Program-made: the position numbers and the translations under genes
Notes under the pieces: model-generated
The model's database searches: none
What the model saw: the letters and a program-made list of their open reading frames with translations, nothing else
What the model was told of the DNA's origin: nothing
Origin: Octopus bimaculoides
Taxonomy: Eukaryota
DNA length: 64,000 nucleotides
Reading direction: 5' to 3'
NCBI RefSeq assembly: GCF_001194135.2
Contig: NC_068991.1
Location: 47,673,555 to 47,737,554, forward strand
Part shown: in pieces, positions 42,801 to 56,900 of the stretch
How positions within the stretch are numbered: position 1 is the first letter of the stretch
How the letters are laid out: every line of letters begins with the position of its first letter

Positions 42801-45800
42801 ATGAAAGCTAGAAGTACAAATAATAAAACACACAAAAGTAGAAAAGTTGACATTAAAAGAGTCAGAAAGGAGGAAAGGGTGCATAGGTACAATGCAAAGT
42901 TTAGAAGAGATGTATCATTGAAATTAATCACAGCCTTACCTGTAATTCTGATTTTTGTTGCTCCAAAGTTCCTATCAATTCAGAACTATTTGTCTCTAGT
43001 TCAGCCATGGCAGTTGATGTTTCCATTAATTCTCTGTTGGTGGAAAGAAGAAAACAGAAGTTTAGTATATAGACCATAGTTGGAAAGAATGAAAGAAACT
43101 AGGGAGGGGTAGATTGATTCATAGACAGGTAGATGGATAAATAGTTAGATAAATGGATAGATGGACAGAGAGACAGAGAGGTAAACGGACAGAAAAATAG
43201 ATAGAACAGCAAGATAAATACACAGAGAGATAGACAGACTGATAGATAGAGCCATGGATAGGCAGATAGATGCAAACAGACAGATAGACAAACCTATAGG
43301 GAGATAGAGAAACTCATGGAGAAATAGATCTGGCAATGGCCATGCTCAAAAAGGTATTTTTTACGTGCCACCTGCATGGGAGCCAGTCCAGCGGCATTGG
43401 CAACGACCTCACTCAAATGATTTTCTAATGTGCCACCAGCACAAGTGCTAGAAGGTAACACTGGTAATGATTACGCTAAAATGGTGCTATTTACGGGCCA
43501 CTAGCACGGAAGCCAGACAGCTGCTCTGGTAATGAACACGCTCGGATAGTGCTGTTAGTGCTCCACTGGCGCAGGTGCCAGTCATCGAGTATGGTTCAAT
43601 TAGGATTTCACTTGCCCCAACAGGTCTTCGCAAGCAGAGTTTAGTGTCCAATGAAGGAGTCTGCTGCCTGGCTGGCTCCTGTCAAACCATCCAACCCATG
43701 TCAGCATGGAAGGTGAACATATGATGATGATGAAACTGGTTCTATGTTATTTAAAAAGGACAAAAGGTCAGAGACAGAGGGAATAAAGTAACTAAGCAAT
43801 CAGTAAGGTTATTTAAACTGGACACATCTGACCAAAATATTTTATGTTTTATGTTCAAACTGGCCAGACCCAATTTCTCACACCTACCTTACAATGTTAT
43901 TCTAAAAATAAACAACTAAAACCATTGAAATCCCAAAGCCATGAGATGATGTATGATTAATTCAAAGCAATGTTAATAAATAAGTATTGAATTTGACAGA
44001 ATGATCTAAATGCTAAAAAGTTAAACAACCACCAGGAAAAAACTATTGAGAAAACATGGATGAGGAGAGAATTGTTTAGCCACAGGTCAGTCTTGATGGA
44101 ACAAACCAATGATCAAAAATGGTGCAGTAACCATGATGAAATTTCAATGTAGTTGTTGTTGTTGTTGTTGTTACTTAACCCTAGGTCAGTCTAGATCAAA
44201 CAGACCTAGGATCAAAAGTGCTACAAAAGCATCAATAGAGCTTCAATGTAGTCAGTAGATCTTGTGATGTAATGGTAAAATAAATTACCCTCAACATTCC
44301 TTCAATGACTAACAAAAATGCAACTAAAAACATGACTGAATCTTTAATACATTTTTAATCAGAGACAGAATTGATGACCTTTGAAGGTCACATTCCCAGA
44401 ACTGGTGACACTGATGTGACTGATGTTGAGTTTGGAGCCTCTATAGGTCAATGGTTGGCAGAGAGGTATAGACAGAGAAATTATTTCAGAAGGTTTTTAG
44501 TTCTGTGGGGGAAGGATTGGAGGAGGATCTTGGTAAGGTAGACACAGTAATGGTGACAGAAGGTGGTGAGATATGTTAGGTAGTTATGGACGGAGAGAGA
44601 ATATACAGCTAGCTAGCTCAGTGGAGCAGAGACTGTTGAAGTGGCAGCAGCAGAAGAAGAAAAGAGAGGAAACCATGTGTCATTGCGTTAGCATATTGGT
44701 GAGTGAATCTTTGCCAAGCAATAGGACAGTCTTTATTACAACATGGTCTAGGATGCTCGTATATACTGGTTTCACGTTTTGACAGAAGGCCAGAAATTTC
44801 GGCGGCAGGGTCAGGGGGTAAATCGATTACATCAACCCCAGAGTTCAACTGGTACTTATTTTACCGATCCCAAAAGGATGAAAGGTAAAGCTGACCTTAG
44901 CGGAATTTGAACTCAGAACATAAAGACAGATGAAATGCCACTAAGTATTTTGCTCAGCATGCTAACGGTTCTACCAGCTCGCTGCCTTGGAATGCTTGTA
45001 TATAGTAAACCTTGATACTATGGGTCTTTTTCTAATACATCTTTATCTTGCAATACAGTTTGGAAGTAGAGAGTTTTCAGTCATTTCATTCTCTTAAAGA
45101 ATTTGTTAATAAGTGCAGGTGTGGCTGTATAGGCACAGGTATGGCTGTATGGTAAGAAGTTTGCTTTCCAATCACATGGTTCTGGGTTCAGTCCCACTGC
45201 ATGGCATTTTTGGGCAAGTGCCTTCTTTTATAGTCTTAGGCAAACCAAAGCCTTGTGAGTGGATTTGGTAGATGGAAACTGAAAGAAGCCCACTATGTGC
45301 ATGTGCATATATGTGTGTATGTGCGTGTGTTGTGTGTATGTGTTGTGTGTGTTGTGTGTATGTGTTGTGTGTATGTGTTGTGTGTGTGTTGTGTGTATGT
45401 GTTGTGTGTGTGTGTGTGTGTCTCCTTGTCTCGATATCTCATGGTAGTTGTAAACAAGTGTCACTGTCATACAAGCGGTGTTATTTATTTCCAATCTTCC
45501 ATAAAAACATGTCTGGTCATGGAGAAATACTAACTTATTTGAAAACATGTAAGTGATGGTGACAGGAAGGGCATTTAGCTGTAGAAAGTCTGCCTCAATT
45601 AATTCTATCAAATTTATGTGAGTATGGAAAAGTGGATGTTAAAAAAATGATAATGATGATGATGATCCACAACAAAGAATTAGAGGGAAGATTGCTTGTG
45701 ACAGGAAATTGGAAGATAGCAACTGTGTAGAAGGAGACTATCATGTGTGCATGTGTGTATTTTTCACAGGTATATAGCAGAGAAAAATGTAAGCTTCATT

Positions 45801-48800
45801 GAGAAAAACTAGTGCTCTTTGATTAAAATCCTTTAGGATATTTGTTCGGCACTGTGTTGAAGACACTCCCTTGTCACACATGCAGTCAGAAATGCATTGA
45901 ATCTGTGATTGGTTCTTTGTAGATCCATAACTAATGTAGCTACTATTCACTGCCAATTGTGATATAAAATCAATAAAATCAATAAAATAAATAGACATGT
46001 ATCCCCCCCACCTTCACCCACTCACTAACTGTTATCCTAAAGTTTATGGAAAGAAACTAGAAACAAAAAGGAAACTTCTCTTACTCTTTCACACATTGAT
46101 AGTCATCTTCCATGTCTTTTAAGAGTTGCTCCATCCGACTCTTCTCTTTAGCAAGTTCTTCATTTAACCGTTCCAGTTCCTTTAGAAAAAAAACCAGACA
46201 TACTTTCATTCATAATTATATGTATGTATTAAATGAGTTATTGATGAAATAGTATGAGATTGTTGTTGGCACGCTTACGACAACGAGGGTTCCAGTTGAA
46301 CCGATCAACGGAACAGCCTGCTCGTGAAATTAACGTGCAAGTGGCTGAGCACTCCACAGACACGTGTGCCCTTAACGTAGTTCTCGGGGATATTCAGCGT
46401 GACACAGTGTGACAAGGCTGACCCTTTGAATTACAGGCACAACAGAAACAGGAAGTAAGAGTGAGAGAAAGTTGTGGTGGAAGAGTACAGCAGGGTTCGC
46501 CACCATCCCCTACCGGAGCCTTGTGGAGCTTTAGGTGTTTTCGCCTAATAAACACTCACAACGCCCGGTCTGGGAATCGAAACCGCGATCCTATGACCGC
46601 GAGTCCGCTGCCCTAACCACTGGGCCATTGCGCCTCCACAGTATGAGATTATGAAACTGTTAAAACAATTGTATTCCTTTATATTCCTTGTTATAATGTG
46701 TTTTGACTGGTCTTTTCTCACTATTTTCAACTTCCTTTCTCCATGTGCATTTGCAGGTGCAGGCACGGCTATGTGGTTAATAAGTTTGTTTCTCAACCAG
46801 GTAGTTTCAGCTTCAACCCTTAGTTTGACTAAAGCCTTTTGAGTGGATTTCATAAATGGAAGCTGAAAGAAGCCCATTGTATATGTATATGGGGGTCTAA
46901 TCAAAAAGTATCAGAACTGTTGCCTTGGTAATGGAGCTAAAGTATGCAGAGTAAAGCCACTTGACACAGATTGACCTTGAATTCTGGTGTACATGTACAC
47001 TAGGTTATAACATTCTCACTTGTTTCTGCTGTTTATAACAGGGCTTGGAAGTAAAGTGTATAGAGTGTGTTTGTCTCAAAAAGAAGATCAGGTTTCAGCT
47101 GTGCAGGATATCCTTGATTGTTTTGAGGAAGACAAAAAATTTCTTTTAAAACAGTCATAACATGTGACGAATTGTGGGTCTATGGCTATGACACTGAAAC
47201 CAAGGCTTGAAAAGAATCCCACTTGAAAGGAACAACATTCCAAGATGTTGAGGAAATCCAAGAGAATGTGACAAGGCAGTTGCGCACTATTCCAAAAAAG
47301 GAGTTAGAAGAATGCTTCTATCAACGGAAGCAAAACTGGATAAAGTGTGTAGCTTCAGAAGAGGGACTACTTCAAAGAAGATTAAGTACCAAATTGATAT
47401 GTGTTGTGGTCTTCTTTTCATGGCACCAGTCCTGATACTTTCTGATCAGACCGCATGCATGCATATGTGTGTTTGTGTCTCATTGTCTTGGCATTGCACA
47501 GCATTTGTAAAACAAGCTTTGCCATCATACAAACAGTTGGTATACCAAAAACTTTAATGTTAGTTGTCTTAAATAAACAATAGCTGATTGAACTATAGTA
47601 TTGATTGATAGGGAAATATAAAAGCAGGTAGGACAGACAGACATACCAGTTGGTCTGTTTGTCTACCTAGACAGTCTGCAGAGTGTCACTGAAATGTAAA
47701 TACTTACATCTGCTCTTTGTTTAGTATCCGACAATGCAATCACTTCATTTTGTAGCCGATCTGCAAGAGAAACATATCACTTATAGGTCAAATAGATATT
47801 ATATTAATTAGAGGTCAAATAGATATCATATTACTTGACATGCCAAACAGACATTCCAATCCCACACAGCTTACAATAACTATTTTTTACTGCTGCTAAG
47901 CATTTCTATAAAAAATCAAAATGATTGCTGATCTATGTACAAGGTCAGAATTTTGTGGGGAGGGGTAAGTTAATGAAATCAACTCCTGTACTTGACTAGT
48001 AATTTATTTTTTCAACACTAGAAGGATGAAAGGTAGGTTTATCCTATTGAAGGATACTCTTAGGCTCAGATTTATATCACCCCTGACAACATAGATTGTG
48101 TAGTAGGTGTGGCAATACACCAGTTTTACTCTGTTATCAAGCCTTTAGGAGCCATTAGCAAAGTATGCTTAGTTATAAGCATATAGACATGATCCATGAT
48201 CCCTTCTCTGTCCCTGCAAATACTGAGCTCCAGATATTCAGGGTAGATATCTGCATCAATCTGACCTGCAGATATTCAGGTTGAATATCACCTATATTAA
48301 TCTGACCAGCAAATGTTCAGGGTGGATATCATCTGTATCAATCTGACCTGCATTTGTTCAAGTCAGATATCATCTCTGGAACAATAAATTCTATAGATGT
48401 TCACAGTGGATATCACCTGTATTAATCAAGCCAACTCCTTCTCCCATAACTTATAATAATAAAAATGTGATTTAATGACACAGCAAACTTACCATAATAG
48501 GTCTGTTTATCATGAGCCATTTGTTGGCCTTGTGTTTCTAATTGTTTAATCATTAGGTTGCCCAACTGTAAACATTTCCATGTGCTGGAAAGAGACAGAC
48601 ATAATTAAACAAATAAATTTATGAATAAACAACAAAGAAGAAACAAGTGATATCAGACATTATAAAATTCAATTTGAGATAGACAAAACAAAAGTCCATT
48701 AATAGGATTTGAACCATATGTCTGTCATTTACTGAGTAGCCAATTTATAAATGATAGAGGAGAGACAAATAATATGAGACAATTTGAGATAGGTAATAAA

Positions 48801-50567
48801 AAATGAACAAATAAATAAAAAAAAAGTTCCAGTGACAGGACCTGAATGAACCATGTACCTGTCATTTACTGCATGGCAATGTTACCATGTTACACTTGAG
48901 TATACCCACCAATCCTTCTCAGATTTAACAACTACAAATTGTTTCTTTTCTTTCTTGCCTTTAATCCTCCAACACGGAGTATAGGCCACTTATGATTGAA
49001 TTCCATGTCGCATTATTTCTCACTTCTGTACTTATACTCTGTCATGAATGTCCCCCTTTCTCTAGTTCCTTTTGTGTTGATCTCCGCCACGAGTTCTTAG
49101 GCCTACCCCTCTTTCTATATCCATCCGGATTCCATTGTAAAGCACTTTTCGCTGCATTTGGTGTGTCCTTTCTAATTGTGTTACCAATCCACTTTGACTT
49201 TTTCTTAAATATTTGTTCTCTAATCGAAACTTGATTCGTTCTTTGCCATAGCTCCATATTGCTTATGTGTTCGGGCCATCTGATTTTAAGTATACTACGC
49301 AAGCACCTGTTGATGAATGATTGTATTCGCTTATTTGACTTAACTGTTGGTCGCCACAAATTGTTTCTACTATTTCAATTTCAGAATGACTAGTTGGAAA
49401 ATTGTAAGTCATGTTGACACAAGTGACATCTAATCTGAACATCTGCAATTTAAACCGATCCAGATGACATCGACTCTGAACATCTGCAAGTAAGGCTGAT
49501 TCAGATGATATCCACCCCGAACATCTGAAGCTCAGTGTCTGCAGGGACAGAGAAGGGACTGTAAATCATGTCTAGATGCTTGTGACCAAATATACTATTT
49601 TAACCCTTTAGAATTCAAACCGGCCATATCAGGCCAAAATATTTGGCCTGTTTTCTGTTGAAACTGACCAGGTCTGGCTCTTCGCCTCATCCTTACAATA
49701 TCATTCTAAAACTAGACAATCACATCATTGAAATCTCTTAACTACAAGATAATGCATCATTAATTTAAAACAATACAAATAAACAAACATTACATTTAAC
49801 AGAATAATCTGAATACTAAAGTGTTAATGGCATCTAAAGCTCAACATCAGAGTTAAACTGGGTGTATTGTCAAGTCAACCACACAATGAATGTTGTCATT
49901 GAATGAAATTGAATCCCTTCAATAGTATAACAAACTTTGCCTTTTATCCTTCTGGGGTTGACAAAATAAATTACCAGTCAAGCAGAAAAAAAAAAAAACT
50001 CAGAATGTCTTTCAGTATATGTTCTAGTTTTTAGGACTCTCAGTTCAAATCATGCCACGGTCAGAGCAAACTTCCTGTTTTAAAGTGAAGTAAATTAAAA
50101 TCTTCCAACAAAATTTCACATCAATTTAGGTTTCAAACACCAGTTAAATAACAATCAAGTTATTTTCTGAAGTCTTCATTATTTTCAAAATTAACCGAAA
50201 CAAAGATATGTGGTCTAGGCATGTCACCCACTTATCAGGGATGGCCAAAACAATCCTTCAAGGAACGGACAAAGGTAGAGGCAGATAGAGAAAGAGGTGG
50301 GAAAACAACATCTGTGGGTGGAGACAGGTGGAGGGATCTGGTTGCAAAGTCATTGATGGTGCTCCAATGGTCAGCCAGACTACAGGATATGTAATATAAT
50401 GTAATGTAATGGTAACAAATGGGTTAAAGTTTGCTTCCCAACCATGGGGCCTTAAATTCAGTACCACTGACCAACATCTTGGGCAAGTGTCTTCTACTAT
50501 TTCTCTGGGTAGACCAAAGCTTTGTGAATGATTTGGCAGATGGAAACTGAAAGAAGCCTGTCATATA

Positions 50568-50632
<65 letters not shown>

Positions 50633-52006
50633 NNNNNNNNNNNNNNNNNNNNNNNNNNNNNNNNNNNNNNNNNNNNNNNNNNNNNNNNNNNNNNNNNNNN
50701 NNNNNNNNNNNNNNNNNNNNNNNNNNNNNNNNNNNNNNNNNNNNNNNNNNNNNNNNNNNNNNNNNNNNNNNNNNNNNNNNNNNNNNNNNNNNNNNNNNNN
50801 NNNNNNNNNNNNNNNNNNNNNNNNNNNNNNNNNNNNNNNNNNNNNNNNNNNNNNNNNNNNNNNNNNNNNNNNNNNNNNNNNNNNNNNNNNNNNNNNNNNN
50901 NNNNNNNNNNNNNNNNNNNNNNNNNNNNNNNNNNNNNNNNNNNNNNNNNNNNNNNNNNNNNNNNNNNNNNNNNNNNNNNNNNNNNNNNNNNNNNNNNNNN
51001 NNNNNNNNNNNNNNNNNNNNNNNNNNNNNNNNNNNNNNNNNNNNNNNNNNNNNNNNNNNNNNNNNNNNNNNNNNNNNNNNGAATTAACGTGCAAGTGGCT
51101 GAGCACTCCACAAACACGTGTGCCCTTAATGTAGTTCTCGGGGATATTCAGCGTGACACAGTGTTACAAGGCTGACCCTTTGAATTACAGGCACAATAGA
51201 AACAGGAAGTAAAAGTGAGAGAAAGTTGTGGTGAAAGAGTACAGCAGGATTCGCTACCATCCCCTGCCGGAGCCTCGTGGAGCTTTAGGTGTTTTCGCTC
51301 AATAAACACTCACAACGCCCAGTCTGAGAATCGAAACTGCGATCCTACGACCGCGAGTCCTGCCCTAACCACTGGGCCATTGCGCCTCCACAATTATAAA
51401 TTATATAAGCAGTAAAAAGAAAACATTAGTTAAAATATCTGACAAGTGTTAATCATTTAATGTAGTCTTTTGCAAGCATGATAGCTATTCTGGATATGTT
51501 TTGACCATATCTATTTACCAGAGGGGGGGGGGCAGATTAAGGTGAAACATAGTTTAACAACCAACATATTCTTCAAGTAGTTACAGTGAAGGAATTATGG
51601 AATGATGTGAAGTAGGTGACAAATATGAAAATGTGTTGCTTAACAACCTGAATATGCCTTTCTCAACAGAAGACACATAAGAAGGAGAGATAAGATAGAT
51701 AAAAAGATCACCTGCTACAACTAATGTTTAGTTTCTCTGGAGATGTATGTGAGCATTGATTATATGTGTACGTAACTGGACTACTAAGTCTATGTCAGTG
51801 GATTTATATAAACCACAATCCAAATAAGTTAACGTAATCCTTATTCAAGATATATACATGGGCGAGTGTATGTATATATGTATGTATATATATGTGTGTG
51901 TGTGTGTGTGTGTTTTTATATCATTAATAAATTTATTTGCTCAAAATAATAGAGCACTTAATATAAGTTCATTAACATATTCTTTTAGAATATTCCTTAT
52001 AAAATT

Positions 52007-52037
<31 letters not shown>

Positions 52038-52091
52038 CTACTCACCTTTCATATTCCTCTTGCTTTCTCATTTAAACGATGATGTTGATAA

Positions 52092-52162
<71 letters not shown>

Positions 52163-52698
52163 ATTCAGTGCAGTATGTTTGAATGGTTAGGAAGTTTGCT
52201 TCACAACCATGGGGCCTTAAATTTGATCCCTATGTGTGGAATTTGGGATGAAATGCCATTTTCTATAACCTCAGATTGGCCCATACAATGTGAATGAAAT
52301 TAGGTAGATGGAAACTGTACAGAAGCTGTTGGATGGATTGTGCCTGTAATTCCAAAAGGTACAACTTTGTCACACGTTGTGTCATGCTGATTCAGCTTGA
52401 GAATTACAGTAAAGGTACACATGCCTTTGGAATTCTCAACCATTAATTCATGGAACAATCAACTGAATACTCATTATCGAAACTGGTGGAGATCCATTCA
52501 TGTTTCCATATATTGAAGTGTAGATCGCTAGCCACTACACATTCTCTATTTTCTCTCCTTGTTTCTTTGTGTATTCCTTTCTGTGAAAGAGCGTAGGCTT
52601 GAAATGTTAAAGACTTTTTCACTTCCCAAGCGTTAAACTAATACATCTGTTTGTTGTCTACACCACCTGTCTTCGTCTTTTGTTTTTTGTGAATTCTT

Positions 52699-52763
<65 letters not shown>

Positions 52764-53181
52764 GGATGACACATGCAAGACTCAAGAGCTATTAAAAAAG
52801 AATGTTGTGATCGAGAAGGTGAACATCAGTGACCTTTTTGTGTGAACAGTTTGTGACAGACCATGCCTTTCTTTTGCTGGGCTCAAATCTCATTTGATGA
52901 CCCATGAAAAAAGAATCTCCAACAACTATTCAGCCTATATATCTGTGCACACCTTTCAATGCCGTGTATGCAAATCTAATGGAGGCCTCAAAAGACATTT
53001 TAAGATACATAAAGATCAAAATTTAACTGCAGCTTTTGGTGGTCCAAATTGGTTATGTAATCTTTGTGGGTGTCTTTTCAATACATTATCTAGTTTAAAA
53101 AGCCACATCAGACGCCATGATGAATCTAAGGTGTAGGTACAAGAGGTTGTCAGCCTCTGCATAAGGAGTATACAACCACTA

Positions 53182-53250
<69 letters not shown>

Positions 53251-53887
53251 AAAACACCTAAAGCTCCACAGAACTTTGACGGGGTGGGGGTGGCAAACCT
53301 TGCTGTACTCTTTCACCACAACTTTCTCTCACTCTTTCTTCTTTTTCTGTTGTACCTGTAATTCAAAGGGCCAGCCTTGTCACACTCTGTGTTACACTGA
53401 ATCTCCCTGAGACCCATGTTAGGGGTACACATGCCTGTGGAGTGCTCAGCCACGTGCACGTTAATTTCACAAGCAGGCTGTTCCGTTAATCGGATCAACT
53501 GGAACCCTTGTCGTAACCGACAGAGTGCCACGATATATATATATTCTTAAAATTTTTGTTAGTCACTTTAGATAAATATTTTACATTTTTTTAAAACATC
53601 TTTTCATTTTATAGAATAAAGTTGATTGCCTACTCCATGTCTATGTACCTCAACCAATCTCATTTGGAATTTGTACACATTACAGACTGTATAAACTCAC
53701 ACAAACACACATCTCTATCTNNNNNNNNNNNNNNNNNNNNNNNNNNNNNNNNNNNNNNNNNNNNNNNNNNNNNNNNNNNNNNNNNNNNNNNNNNNNNNNN
53801 NNNNNNNNNNNNNNNNNNNNNNNNNNNNNNNNNNNNNNNNNNNNNNNNNNNNNNNNNNNNNNNNNNNNNNNNNNNNNNNNNNNNNNN

Positions 53888-53936
<49 letters not shown>

Positions 53937-56900
53937 TTAAAATTTTTGTTAGTCACTTTAGATAAATATTTTACATTTTTTTAAAACATCTTTTCATTTT
54001 ATAGAATAAAGTTGATTGCCTACTCCATGTCTATGTACCTCAACCAATCTCATTTGGAATTTGTACACATTACAGACTGTATAAACTCACACAAACACAC
54101 ATCTCTATCTGTCTGTCTGTCTCTCTCTCTCCACCAACTTGCAATAGTGAAGTTACATTAAATACTTACACCTGGCTTGATTTTCTAAGCATTTCAACCC
54201 ATCGGTTTCGTTCAAATTCATTTTCGGCTGCTAAAATAATACGACCCTGGAGAGAAGATAGAGAGAGATGATGAAGAAAAGATAGAAATAGTTAATGAAG
54301 CAATCAATAAATAACATCATCAACAACAGCAATAACATTAAAAATAACTATACCATCAACATTGTCATCACAAATGACACCAGCAACATTAATAAAAATC
54401 AAAACAAAATCATTAACAGCAACATAAACACCATTGTAAACACCAGCACCACAACTGATGCCAACACTCAAGACAATATCACTATCAAACCCATTGCTAG
54501 TACTTCATCCTACACATTAACAACTACACAGGTGGTAACAGTACTACCAATACTACATACAACCAATGAAATGTAAACAATTAATACTACTATAAACACG
54601 ACCACTAAAACTACCGTCCACACAGTAATAATGGTTTCAAATTTTGGCACAAGGCCAGCGAGTTCTGGGGAGGGGGTAAGTTGGGTGAACTGATTGCATT
54701 GACTCCAGTACTCAACTGCTACTTATTTTATCGACCCCCAAAAGGATGAAAGGCAAAGTCAGCCATGACAAAATTGGAACTCAGAATGCAAAGACAAATG
54801 AAATACCCAGCATGCTATTGATTCTGGGAAGCTCACCACCTTCCCACACAGTAATAATACCATGACTAATAGGAGATTTGGCAGAAGAGTGCAAATTTAT
54901 TAGATCTTATAGTCCATATAAGATTCCAGAAATTAAAAAGCAGATTATGCAGAGGTGATGAGCAAGTTAATTCTGAGAAATATCAACAAGCTAGTAGATT
55001 TTGAAAGATATTAAATACTTCATATATTTGCATTAACTAGAACTAACTATCAGTCATATTAAACAATGTTGTGGAAAATATTGATTTCAAATTTTGGCAC
55101 AAGGCCAGCAATTTTGGGGGAGAGTATAAGTCAGTTACACTGACCCCAGTACTCAGCTGGTATTTATCCACCCTGAAAGGATGAAAAGCAAAGTCAACTT
55201 TAGCAGAATATGAACTCAGAACATAAAGACAGACATAATGCTGCTAAGCATTTGCTTGGTGCAGTAACGATTCTGCCAGCTTGTTGCCTTCAATGTTGTG
55301 AAGAATATTGGCATTCATTTATATGACATATGCAATAAACATTCAATGATATTGCAAAATACAGTAATATTGATTTAAGAAATACTGGGTTTAAGAATAT
55401 TTATGAAAAAGCAAATAATCAAAACAACCCCAAGAGTCACAGGATAAGAAAATGCACTGCAATATAATCCTTCTTTTGATTTAGATATGAATACTAATAT
55501 AGCTGAAACTTTACTGTTGTTAAATGTATACAGTAAAATATTCAACAAAAATCGCATTAAAGCCAGCTGCTCCACTAATGAGAATTTCAGCGTATTTATA
55601 GTTAACAGCAAAAAACATACAACCTCAACAATTGCCAACAATACTGATGAAATATAATTTCATTAATACAATACCATTTCATTTAGATGGAGATTGTTTA
55701 GCTAGTTCTATTGTATATTGTACAAGGATATCAATAAACAACTCAACCGTTGGAAATAATCTTAATCTAACGACAAACCCTTTCAATGTGTGATATGACA
55801 AACACAAATACACCTTTAATGCAAAAGCCAGGAAACAGAACATAACTTTGTTCAAATATGTTTGGGATTTAAAATCTAGACTTTTATATAAAATGGTAAA
55901 TCTTTAAGTTTGCAAGGGATGATTAGAGTAAAAAAAAAAAAATGCCATTCTGTTCTATAAAGAAAACATCTTCAATTGTAAAAGAAAATTAGTTTGCTTT
56001 TTCAGCACGAATCCTGTTTTATTTTGAAAAATTCAAAACCAAATGATTTTGCAGTGTAATCCCAGATCAGTACTGACACAGCACTTGGCTGAACAAATCA
56101 GTGCAACTGATGATAATGCAGTATGTGTCTGGTCAATTTCTATTCCCCTGTAAATTATGGTAATGGCTGCATCAAAAGCAAGTGAGGTAGATTCCTCTGC
56201 TATCATTGGGTGTTCTTTCCAGCAGAGTCTTTGGGGCTAATGAGGTCGGCAACTGCTGCAGCCCTTTATTTGTCTATCTTCACATGCTTGTCTGAGCTGA
56301 GTTGGAGAGGTAATGGTTTTTAGAATGCTATTGCAATCATGTACCATTGATGAATGAATGCCTCAGCATACCATTGCCAAGTAAATTTGACAATAAATCA
56401 TCATCATTATTTTAATGTCCACTTTTTCCGTACTCGCACAGATTGGAAGGAATTTATGGAGGTAGATTTTCCATGGTCGGTGCTCTTCCTGTTACCAACC
56501 CTCACCTACTTTGAAGTAAGTAAGGGGAGGGAGTAAAGGTAAGGGAGTAAAAATGCTCATAGTAATCGCATAAGCGCGCATGTCCATACATACACATGCG
56601 TGCCTGCACACCCATGTACATGCACCTATATGTATATACTCATCCACACTCACTTGAAACGCACACATGCTCACCCACACATTCACCAAAGAATATATAC
56701 ATACCTGCATACATGCTCGCACACACACACACATGCACAAAAAGGTTCATACACACGTGTATATACGCACATGCACAAGAAAAAAACAGGGCTAAAGGCA
56801 AAATACTGGAAAATGTGTAAAAAAGTGTAAAAAATAAGCAATAAGAGTAAAACACGTCTATACACGCACATACTCGTATGCACACACACACGTCTATATA

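Noticed and set aside
54295-54576. Asn/Thr-rich 93-aa ORF
   Set aside because: Degenerate (AAC/CAT)n low-complexity intronic tract antisense to the host gene.
55375-55641. Hydrophobic 88-aa minus-strand ORF resembling a membrane protein
   Set aside because: It is the antisense of an A-rich Penelope-like remnant whose motifs read on the plus strand.
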